From NCBI GenBank assembly GCA_041659505.1, contig JBAZYF010000001.1, positions 253,274 through 317,273 on the forward strand: DNA of 64,000 nt. The letters are read 5' to 3'. The DNA is from Parcubacteria group bacterium. Its GTDB lineage: Bacteria; Patescibacteriota; Minisyncoccia; Moranbacterales; UBA2206. Under the pieces are notes generated by a model. That model made no database searches, was not told the DNA's origin, and was given only the letters and a program-made list of their open reading frames with translations. The number at the start of each line of letters is the position of its first letter. Within the stretch, counting starts at the first letter, position 1. The position numbers and the translations under genes were made by a program. This document shows, one piece after another, positions 56,895-64,000 of the stretch.

Positions 56895-57860
56895 TCACGA
56901 GTGAGCAATCAGCTCTTTTTCGTAATGCTTCATTAGATCAAAGAAGCAACCGTCAATAGTGGTTTGGGACGGCGTAGGAAGGGATCGCAAAAAGCCATTT
57001 CCGCCCAAGGCCTTCCGAGGAATCTCGTTCAACTTTGAGCAAAATCCGTCAGCCTCCACTTTGAGCGGAGTATCGAGAATAAGTGGTAAAAAGCCACAGA
57101 TATTCTTGATTTTTTGGTTGCTCTCCCGAAACCACGCAATGACTTCCGGGTCCTCATCAACAGTCGAAGCAAGACCACGACTGCCACTGACGAAAAGAAG
57201 TAAATAAAAAAAGTAATACCAGTCTGCCGGCGGACGCGGATCGTTCGCCTCAGATAAGTCACAGCCATAAAAAATTTTCTCTCGTCTACCTTGACGCACA
57301 AAAACACAGCGGGGTAAATTTTTTGAAGAACTCATAAGTAATTCTTGGAAAAAACCAGCGAGCTCAAGCTTTTGAGGAGGATTATGAATGGCTTTTTCCA
57401 TTAGCTCCCAATGAACCTCCGGAAGTTTCCTGCCACACTTTGTTCTCAAATCGGCAAGGATAATATTTTGCAGGACACTATCTTGGACCAAACGTTCATG
57501 CTGAACCGAAATCCCCTTTCTTCCATGAAACATTCTCGGTGAATTAACCAGAGATTTTTTGTACTGGTTTTCTGCCGCCTGCTGCGGGAAAGAGTCACGG
57601 GTCAATGACATATAGACCGGCTCTAGTCCCCAAGCCTTAGCCGATAAATACGTCGCCAAATGCTCGACATTTGGTGTTGGTACTTGACGCACCAAGCAAA
57701 CCTGAAACCCGCCCATTTGTTCAGGTAAATGTTTGTCTGCAATTGCAAAAAAATCTTTGATCCCAAACTCTTCCGCGCAATATGCGTTAACAGAGCTTCG
57801 AATCTGATCCCGACGATTCGTCCTTGCCGCAACTTCTTTTTCGATCTGCTTTCGTTTCAT
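56895..57860 (-). CDS. Hypothetical protein (321 aa), unassigned
   Basis: Enzyme-like motifs RQVPTPNVEH, D.F...N.YK.SL, RPPADWYY, G..PLI; SD GGGGG. Confidence 0.65.
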   Translation of the reverse strand: MKRKQIEKEVAARTNRRDQIRSSVNAYCAEEFGIKDFFAIADKHLPEQMGGFQVCLVRQVPTPNVEHLATYLSAKAWGLEPVYMSLTRDSFPQQAAENQYKKSLVNSPRMFHGRKGISVQHERLVQDSVLQNIILADLRTKCGRKLPEVHWELMEKAIHNPPQKLELAGFFQELLMSSSKNLPRCVFVRQGRREKIFYGCDLSEANDPRPPADWYYFFYLLLFVSGSRGLASTVDEDPEVIAWFRESNQKIKNICGFLPLILDTPLKVEADGFCSKLNEIPRKALGGNGFLRSLPTPSQTTIDGCFFDLMKHYEKELIAHS

Positions 57861-57959
57861 CTGAATAATCCCCCTATTCCCATAGTTGCTAGTTGACTTG
57901 AATCAAATAACTCAAGCTGTTATTATATTTTTTATTTCTTCATATTCTTTCAAGGAACT

Positions 57960-58158
57960 AAAAAACCGGCTCTTGCGAGACCGGTCTTGGTTTAGTGAAA
58001 ATGTTTTTTTTCTTACCCCCTACACATTTCCCTTAAACCAAAACCAGCCTTGACAATAATCAAGACGCAAATCAACATCAAAGTGATATTCTTTTCAATT
58101 GTTTTGGTTATATCTCTAAACATAGTAATAACTTAGCAAATAGCCGGTTTTTTGTCAA
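57960..58158 (-). promoter_or_regulatory. Promoter plus leader-peptide attenuator (Ile/Leu/Val-rich)
   Basis: TTGACA-17-TAAGTT; 17-bp antiterminator aggctggttttggttta/taaaccaagaccggtct; terminator accggtctc-gcaa-gagccggt-TTTTT. Confidence 0.82.
58013..58123 (-). CDS. Attenuator leader peptide MFRDITKTIEKNITLMLICVLIIVKAGFGLREMCRG
   Basis: Own translation; ITLMLICVLIIV run; ATG 6 nt after the -10 box (leaderless). Confidence 0.78.
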   Translation of the reverse strand: MFRDITKTIEKNITLMLICVLIIVKAGFGLREMCRG

Positions 58159-58163
58159 ATTTT

Positions 58164-59738
58164 TTATCCTTTGGCTTTATACAGCTTGTAATTCACGCTA
58201 TCTGAGAGCGCTTGCCAACTGGCTTCAATCACGTCATAGGACACGCCCATCGTGTGCCAACGCCCGGCTTCGCCATTGGCTGATTCGATGAGCACCCGCA
58301 CGCGCGCCGCTGTTCCTGCCCGACCCGGCAGCACCCGCACTTTGTAATCAAGCAGTTTCATCTCTTTCAAAACCGGATAATATTTCTCCAGCGCTTTTCG
58401 CAAAGCTCGGTCAAGCGCGTTGACCGGACCATCGCCCGAAGCAATTGTTTCTTCCAACTTATTCCCAACTCTGATTTTCACCAGCGCTTCCACTTGCGGA
58501 TTTTCTTCCCCGGCCTTGCGCTCATCAATCACCCGCCGGCTGATCAGTTCAAAAAATTGTGTCTTTCTCCCCAGCGCTTCGGATAGTAAGAGCTCAAAAC
58601 TCGCCTCAGCAATCTCAAATTGAAATCCACTATTTTCCAACTCTTTCAATTTTTTGAGTGCTCCTGCAACGACAGGATTTTTTGGATCAAGTTCGATCCC
58701 TAATTCTTTGGCTTTCATAACAATTGACGCTCGGCCGGCCAGATCGGAAACTAAAATTCTTCTTTTGTTCCCCACATGCTCCGGCTGGATATGCTCATAG
58801 GTATGCGGATTTTTGGAAACGGCGCTGGTATGCACTCCGCCTTTATGCGTAAACGCACTTCGGCCGGTATAGGCTTGGAAGTGATTGGATGGCAAATTGG
58901 CCAGTTCCATAAAATAGCGACTGAGCGCTTGTAACTGCACCAGATTTTCTTTTGGCACGCACTCGATTCCCAATTTTAGTTGCAAGGTGGGAATGATCGA
59001 ACAAAGATTAGCATTACCACAACGCTCGCCCACTCCGTTCAATGTTCCCTGAATCTGCGTCGCGCCCGCTTTCACTGCTGCAAGCGTGTTGGCCACCGCC
59101 ATCTCTCCGTCGTTGTGCGTATGGATGCCCAAGGGAACATTAGGCAGCTGCTTTTTAACTTCCGCCACGATGCGCGTCACTTCATCCGGCAGTGATCCGC
59201 CATTAGTGTCGCATAGCACAAGACAATCCGCCCCGCCAGCCTTGGCCGCTTTCAATGTCAAAAGCGCATACTCCGGATTATTTTTATACCCATCAAAAAA
59301 ATGTTCCGCGTCATAGAAAACTGTCGCAATATTTTTTTTCAAAAACTTCACGCTCCCTTCAATAATTTCCAAATTGCGCTCGGGAGAAATTCTCAGAACT
59401 TCCTCCACGTGCACCGTCCAACTCTTGCCAAAAATGGTCGCCACTGTCACTCCGGAATCCACCAACTCTTTGAGATTCTCATCAGTCTCGGGCGTGTTTT
59501 TGGCCAGATGCGTCGAACCAAAAGCCGTGAGCTTGGCATTTTTCAATTTTTGCGTTTTCATGACTTCAAAAAATTCCCGATCCTTTGGATTGGATCCCGG
59601 CCAGCCACCTTCAATATAATGCACGCCAAACTCATCGAGCTTCCTCGCAATCCGCACCTTGTCCGCCACCGAAAGGCTCATCCCTTCGCCCTGAGTGCCG
59701 TCCCGCAGAGTCGTGTCATAGATTTTTACTTTTTGCAT
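58164..59738 (-). CDS. cimA: Citramalate synthase (bacterial CimA type)
   Basis: [57 protein letters not shown]-terminal regulatory domain; start ATG 59738. Confidence 0.9.
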   Translation of the reverse strand: MQKVKIYDTTLRDGTQGEGMSLSVADKVRIARKLDEFGVHYIEGGWPGSNPKDREFFEVMKTQKLKNAKLTAFGSTHLAKNTPETDENLKELVDSGVTVATIFGKSWTVHVEEVLRISPERNLEIIEGSVKFLKKNIATVFYDAEHFFDGYKNNPEYALLTLKAAKAGGADCLVLCDTNGGSLPDEVTRIVAEVKKQLPNVPLGIHTHNDGEMAVANTLAAVKAGATQIQGTLNGVGERCGNANLCSIIPTLQLKLGIECVPKENLVQLQALSRYFMELANLPSNHFQAYTGRSAFTHKGGVHTSAVSKNPHTYEHIQPEHVGNKRRILVSDLAGRASIVMKAKELGIELDPKNPVVAGALKKLKELENSGFQFEIAEASFELLLSEALGRKTQFFELISRRVIDERKAGEENPQVEALVKIRVGNKLEETIASGDGPVNALDRALRKALEKYYPVLKEMKLLDYKVRVLPGRAGTAARVRVLIESANGEAGRWHTMGVSYDVIEASWQALSDSVNYKLYKAKG

Positions 59739-59754
59739 ATATTTTTTAGCAATC

Positions 59755-59922
59755 AAAAAACCCGGTTCCGCCGGGCTATGCTTTGCTTTTGTCTTATTAT
59801 CTTCTATGCATAAACCCGAGCGAAAAATTGTCGTCTAATAATGACGATGCTAATAATCTCAAAAAATTTTCGCGCTATGTTTTGCATAGGAATAGTTTAG
59901 CTTGTGGGAGGAAAAGTGTCAA
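59755..59922 (-). promoter_or_regulatory. Promoter plus leader-peptide attenuator (Ile-rich) for cimA
   Basis: TTGACA-17-TAAACT; 1:2 gcgaaaatt/aatttttcgc; 2:3 cgggtttatgc/gcatagcccg; terminator gcccgg-cggaa-ccgggt-TTTTT. Confidence 0.82.
59804..59887 (-). CDS. Attenuator leader peptide [27 protein letters not shown]
   Basis: Own translation; IISIVII run; ATG 6 nt after the -10 box. Confidence 0.8.
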   Translation of the reverse strand: MQNIARKFFEIISIVIIRRQFFARVYA

Positions 59923-59989
59923 ATTAAAATAAAAAGCGGCTCGGTAAATCCTTACCTCACCGCTTTTCCAGACTGTTTTAAATCCTTGC

Positions 59990-60334
59990 TTATTTCCTTT
60001 GCATGAGCTGACTTATTTCTGCGTTTCTCTCAGCTAATGAATTCAGCCATTGCAAAAGAACTTCTTCGTGAAAGCAGAAATTGTCGTCATAGGAATTTAA
60101 CACGGCTTCCATTTCCGCAATCTCCGCTTCGGTTTTGTACGAGTTACGCGCCCAAAGATTTATTTGCATAATCTCATCGGGCGAATAATTCAAGAGAAAA
60201 AGCCTGTTTGTTTTCGCATGTGCTAGCCATTCTCTTGCCGATATGATACTTCCTTTTGAAAAGTCTAACTGATCCAAAAGCATATCGACATACTCACGCA
60301 TTTTCATTTTTTGCAGCTCAAAGTAATAGTCCAC
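59990..60334 (-). CDS. Hypothetical protein
   Basis: 114 aa, GTG start with SD AAGGAGG, downstream hairpin. Confidence 0.6.
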   Translation of the reverse strand: MDYYFELQKMKMREYVDMLLDQLDFSKGSIISAREWLAHAKTNRLFLLNYSPDEIMQINLWARNSYKTEAEIAEMEAVLNSYDDNFCFHEEVLLQWLNSLAERNAEISQLMQRK

Positions 60335-60478
60335 GATACCTCCTTATTTTTAGGGGAAGGAACGATAATTCAGGTTTATTTCACATTGTACTGAACTTAT
60401 ATTTTTAGCACAGTATCTAACTTTAGTCAACCCCGCCTTCCTTCATTAACTACTCGACCATTATTGGTAATCAAAAAA

Positions 60479-60958
60479 CTATTTTTTATACACATCCGCC
60501 TTGTATGCCAGAGGAAGCAGTTCTTGCGAATCGGTTTTGATTACAAGGGAAAAATCACTATTGGTAAGCAGGATTGGAATGGCTCTGTTTTTTATCCCAT
60601 ACCCTTGCGCTTCTGACAAAATTTGACGACAAGTCCCGCAGGGCGGAGTAAGTTGATCGGATTTCCCGCTCCCATCAGCGCTATTGTTGTCAAAAAATCC
60701 CACGATAGCCAAAAGTGCATAGTCATAATTTTGATCAAAAAGTGCTTTGTCGAGTGCCATCCGTTCTGCGCAAGTTGAATTGCTCGTGTTCGTCCGGCGG
60801 ATACTAACACCGTGATAAACTTTCCCATCATCACAAAGCAGTGCCGCGCCAATATGGCGAGTACCTTTTTTGTTTATGTACCGAGCTCCAGCGCCTTTCG
60901 CTTCTTGCAAGAGTGATTGTTCTTTTTCACCCAACTCACTAAAGTTGATTTGTTGCAT
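60479..60958 (-). CDS. Cytidine deaminase-family protein
   Basis: IGAALL...G..Y.G, CAER.AL, PPCG.CRQ, LLP. Confidence 0.82.
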   Translation of the reverse strand: MQQINFSELGEKEQSLLQEAKGAGARYINKKGTRHIGAALLCDDGKVYHGVSIRRTNTSNSTCAERMALDKALFDQNYDYALLAIVGFFDNNSADGSGKSDQLTPPCGTCRQILSEAQGYGIKNRAIPILLTNSDFSLVIKTDSQELLPLAYKADVYKK

Positions 60959-60986
60959 AAAAATAAAATTAAATTAATAAAATTAA

Positions 60987-61712
60987 TTAAATAACCGCAG
61001 AGCTTTTCCATCTTGAATTAAAAACAGCCACCATACTCTGTCGAATATCGCTCCCCAATGCAACAATAAAGCTTTCCTTTTTCCCCAAATAATTAAGACT
61101 ATTTCCAGATAACCAAAAATTTCCGCCATCCATAATATATCTGTCATGCAATATGCTATTATGGTAAGCCCTAACCTCAATTTTAAATCCTTCTTGTTTG
61201 ATTTCATCTAGTTGCCTCTTAAAGAATCCCTTTGGTTTATCTATAATATTTGCTGTTAACACTTTAATTGGCACTTTTTTATTGAAATTATGAAAGATAA
61301 AATCAAGGGTATTCACATCCACATATGGATCACAAATTTTGACTTCTTTTCTAAGATTCGAGACAAGCGCTCTAAGCGTTTCATTCTTTTTTGCTGAAAA
61401 TGGCTTATCAGCGTCAATAAATATAACCCTCTTTACACTCCCTGCTTCCGAAAGATCCTGCCTGCCCTTTTCCATCATCTTGAAGGAGCCCCCTTTACAA
61501 TGAAAAATACTTTTTTTTCTTTTCAGGATATTCCGAACAGCCTGGACTGAAGTCTTTATTCCCTTTTCTTCAATTAAAAAATTAGCCACATCAGATGGCT
61601 TAAACCTATCTTTTGTGTCAGTTTCAAGTTGATCAAATGCCCAATAAACTTTATAACTTAGTTCATCCAAGCAATACACATCTATTTTTTCGCTTATCTT
61701 AATATTATTCAT
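60987..61712 (-). CDS. N-terminal wHTH plus PLD-like (HDR-type) domain protein
   Basis: ICDPYVD, IKVLT, HDRYI.D...W.SG.SLN.LGKK. Confidence 0.65.
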   Translation of the reverse strand: MNNIKISEKIDVYCLDELSYKVYWAFDQLETDTKDRFKPSDVANFLIEEKGIKTSVQAVRNILKRKKSIFHCKGGSFKMMEKGRQDLSEAGSVKRVIFIDADKPFSAKKNETLRALVSNLRKEVKICDPYVDVNTLDFIFHNFNKKVPIKVLTANIIDKPKGFFKRQLDEIKQEGFKIEVRAYHNSILHDRYIMDGGNFWLSGNSLNYLGKKESFIVALGSDIRQSMVAVFNSRWKSSAVI

Positions 61713-61716
61713 TATT

Positions 61717-62124
61717 TTACTTAAACCTATTTTCCACAAACAACTCCCCCGTGCTAGTTAGACACCACGCCTTTCTGCTATTCTTTTTTTCCTTTAATTC
61801 CATGATATGACCTTTTTTGATGTTCATATTCACTTTGTCATTTATGTTTTGCGGCACTTTCTCTTTGGCAATCCTGAAAGACCGTCCTAAGTCATCAGCA
61901 TTAAAAGAAGTTGCGTCTTCAAATTTTTCCAAATAATATCCCATAGAAAGTGCCCTTTCCACATCCGTTAATGGCTTTTTCGATAATAAGAACTCCCTTA
62001 AGGACATTTTCTTTTGTTGTGGATTACTAGAATCCACTTCTGGGGAGTGTGGTTTTTCCAGTTTTGCAATTCTTTTTTCCAACTCCATGATCTTTTCTTT
62101 TATTTGTTGAATTTCTTCAGCCAT
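61717..62124 (-). CDS. Hypothetical protein, coiled coil plus wHTH-like
   Basis: S..EFL..K.P, GYYLE, F...D...F..AK...P.N, W.LT..GE.FV. Confidence 0.6.
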   Translation of the reverse strand: MAEEIQQIKEKIMELEKRIAKLEKPHSPEVDSSNPQQKKMSLREFLLSKKPLTDVERALSMGYYLEKFEDATSFNADDLGRSFRIAKEKVPQNINDKVNMNIKKGHIMELKEKKNSRKAWCLTSTGELFVENRFK

Positions 62125-62151
62125 AGTGTTTATTCTTAATATTAACTTTTT

Positions 62152-62826
62152 TTATTTTCTTATCACATACTCCCATTTAGTTCTGCCTTTATCAACAGCA
62201 GGTATTCTTTTTAAAACCTTCTTATTAGAAACAAACCCATTCCTTACTGTTGCGTCGATAACACGATCGTCATGAAATTTTACCTCTTCTCTCAGTTTTT
62301 TTGAAATTTCCTTAATCGTTTTTGGCGTGTTAAAAAACCCACCAACAACCAACTCCTGTATATCCTTGCCTATTCCTTTTGTAGAAATTCGCTTATTTTT
62401 GCTAGGCGAACTTTTTACTTTAATACCTTGCGCATCCCGTAATAAAAGATTATCCAAGAAAAATTCAATTTTATGTGGCATAACTTGATAGACACCCCTT
62501 TCTATTTTTTTTGCAAAACCAGATCTTACAATTTTCGAAAGTCTAGACCCCGTCGCCTGCGTTCTTTCTTGGATTATTTTTTGTATTTCTGAAAGCGTTG
62601 CGCTTGACTGTATCCCGCTATCAAAATTATGAGCTATGAACCGAACCACCAAACAAAGTTTTATTTTTTCATCAGACGGGAGCTCATTATTTTCTATCAA
62701 AATCTGCCCGTTCTTGGCGATTTTTGCATATTTTAAAGCCTTTTCTGCATACTTTTTCACTTTTTCTTTTGTATATTCATTCTCATCAACAATGAACATA
62801 TTTTCTATCTCTTTTTCATTTGTCAT
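62152..62826 (-). CDS. Hypothetical protein with two wHTH-like segments
   Basis: RLS....G......GVY and FF.TPKT..EI...L motifs. Confidence 0.6.
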   Translation of the reverse strand: MTNEKEIENMFIVDENEYTKEKVKKYAEKALKYAKIAKNGQILIENNELPSDEKIKLCLVVRFIAHNFDSGIQSSATLSEIQKIIQERTQATGSRLSKIVRSGFAKKIERGVYQVMPHKIEFFLDNLLLRDAQGIKVKSSPSKNKRISTKGIGKDIQELVVGGFFNTPKTIKEISKKLREEVKFHDDRVIDATVRNGFVSNKKVLKRIPAVDKGRTKWEYVIRK

Positions 62827-62861
62827 AAAAGTTTAATTGTTTTTAATTAAATAACGCCTAT

Positions 62862-62890
62862 ATTATACATCTATGTTTATTTCTTGTCAA
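62862..62890 (-). promoter_or_regulatory. Consensus sigma70 promoter for the three-gene module
   Basis: TTGACA-17 nt-TATAAT. Confidence 0.8.
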
Positions 62891-62919
62891 TTATTAAAAT
62901 TTTTATTATATGTAATATG

Positions 62920-62950
62920 AAAAAAAACAGCCTTCTACGGGCTGTTTTTC
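62920..62950 (-). terminator. rpoD terminator
   Basis: aaaaaaaacagcc-ttctacg-ggctgttttt. Confidence 0.75.
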
Positions 62951-62968
62951 CTTGTATGTCTTGTACTC

Positions 62969-64000
62969 CTAATAATCCCTCAGCTTCTTGATCGTCTTAT
63001 GATCCCGGATCTTTTCCAACGCCTTGGCTTCGATTTGCCGGATGCGTTCGCGGGTGACGCCAAACTCTTGGCCGACTTCTTCGAGCGTGTGGGTCACGCC
63101 GTCTTCGAGGCCAAACCGGATTTTCAAAATCTTTTGTTCGCGCGGAGTCAGATCTTTCAAGATTTCTTCGACATGTTCCTTGAGCATTTTTCTTGATGCC
63201 AACTGATTAGGCATGACAGTTTCTGTGTCTTCCACGAAATCGCCCAAAACTGAATCATCATCACTGTCTCCCACTGTCGTTTCCAAAGAAACCGTTTCTT
63301 GGGAAATCTTTTGGATGTGACGGATCTTTTCCACTTCCACGCCCATTTCCACCGCAATCTCTTCCGGCAACGGTTCGCGTCCCAAGTCCTGGACAAGCCG
63401 TCTTGTGATTTGGGTATATTTATTGATCGTCTCCACCATATGCACGGGAATTCTGATTGTTCTGGATTGGTCAGCCAATGCGCGCGTCACCGCTTGGCGG
63501 ATCCACCAAGTAGCATAGGTGGAAAATTTGTAGCCTTTGCGATAATCAAATTTTTCGACTGCGCGGAAAAGTCCGATGTTCCCTTCTTGGATCAGATCAA
63601 GCAGTGACAGATTGTGCGAACGGCCGACATATTTTTTAGCGATACTCACAACAAGACGCAAGTTAGCTTCTGTCATTCTTTGTTTGGCAGCTAGATCGTC
63701 TTTTTCTATTCTTTTTGCGAGAGCAACTTCTTCGGCCGTGGAAAGTAATTCCACCCGTCCGATTTCGCGCAGGTACATCTGAACCAAATCCGATGAAACA
63801 TCATCGGAAATTCCGGCAGCCAAATTATCCTTGCGCGTCGACTTGCCTTTTTTGTTCGGTTTTTCACTTTCAAAATCTTCGGAAATCTTATCCGTCTCGA
63901 ACTTGATCATCTCGTCTGAACTGATTACTTTGATGCTGCTTTTTTCTAATTGATCATAGAGCTCTTCCAGTTTTTCAATGTCGCGTTCTGCATCAGGAAA
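62969..64000 (-). CDS. rpoD: Primary sigma factor RpoD (5' end outside the window)
   Basis: [60 protein letters not shown]; the frame stays open to the window edge (region 1.1 [16 protein letters not shown]). Confidence 0.97.
   Translation of the reverse strand, partial: FPDAERDIEKLEELYDQLEKSSIKVISSDEMIKFETDKISEDFESEKPNKKGKSTRKDNLAAGISDDVSSDLVQMYLREIGRVELLSTAEEVALAKRIEKDDLAAKQRMTEANLRLVVSIAKKYVGRSHNLSLLDLIQEGNIGLFRAVEKFDYRKGYKFSTYATWWIRQAVTRALADQSRTIRIPVHMVETINKYTQITRRLVQDLGREPLPEEIAVEMGVEVEKIRHIQKISQETVSLETTVGDSDDDSVLGDFVEDTETVMPNQLASRKMLKEHVEEILKDLTPREQKILKIRFGLEDGVTHTLEEVGQEFGVTRERIRQIEAKALEKIRDHKTIKKLRDY

Noticed and set aside
1-64000. CRISPR array or cas genes
   Set aside because: No regularly spaced repeat-spacer series; the repeats found are dispersed palindromes or MITEs
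1-64000. Alternative genetic code (UGA recoding)
   Set aside because: Conserved genes are intact under code 11 and several end properly at TGA

Overview
The window looks like chromosome from a reduced-genome Patescibacteria/CPR bacterium. That placement is inferred from gene content (TrmB-glmS, CPR-type surface proteins, AT-rich SD-less core genes) and uses the standard genetic code. It holds about 60 genes. Core genes include cspA, murJ, rsgA, glmS, ABC-F, tsaC/sua5, typA and a partial rpoD. There is an unexpected scattered set of nucleotide-biosynthesis genes (purB-purE-purC, purF, pyrF, ribA, pyrD-like, purD-like) and several secreted enzymes (S8, C39, PL7 lyase, NosD/CASH). Highlights: (1) four ribosome-dependent leader-peptide attenuators at 44.7-59.9 kb, keyed to Arg, aromatic residues, Ile/Leu/Val and Ile. 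Two share one scaffold with swapped sensing codons, and they control two-gene cassettes that include a TrpRS/TyrRS-like protein lacking HIGH/KMSKS and an orphan 321-aa protein. (2) tRNA-Asn(GTT) is split inside its anticodon by a 588-nt group I intron carrying an HNH ORF. (3) A decayed island next to that tRNA is marked by recombinase-tail-like junctions and carries a TIGR04255/toxin-like module and a Fic gene. (4) 24-bp double palindromes bracket an orphan ParB-like gene and rsgA as inverted pairs. (5) A ~149-bp MITE family has a 5-bp target duplication and covarying arms. (6) A three-gene wHTH/wHTH/PLD-like module is a candidate defence system. All family calls come from reading motifs by eye; no searches were run.
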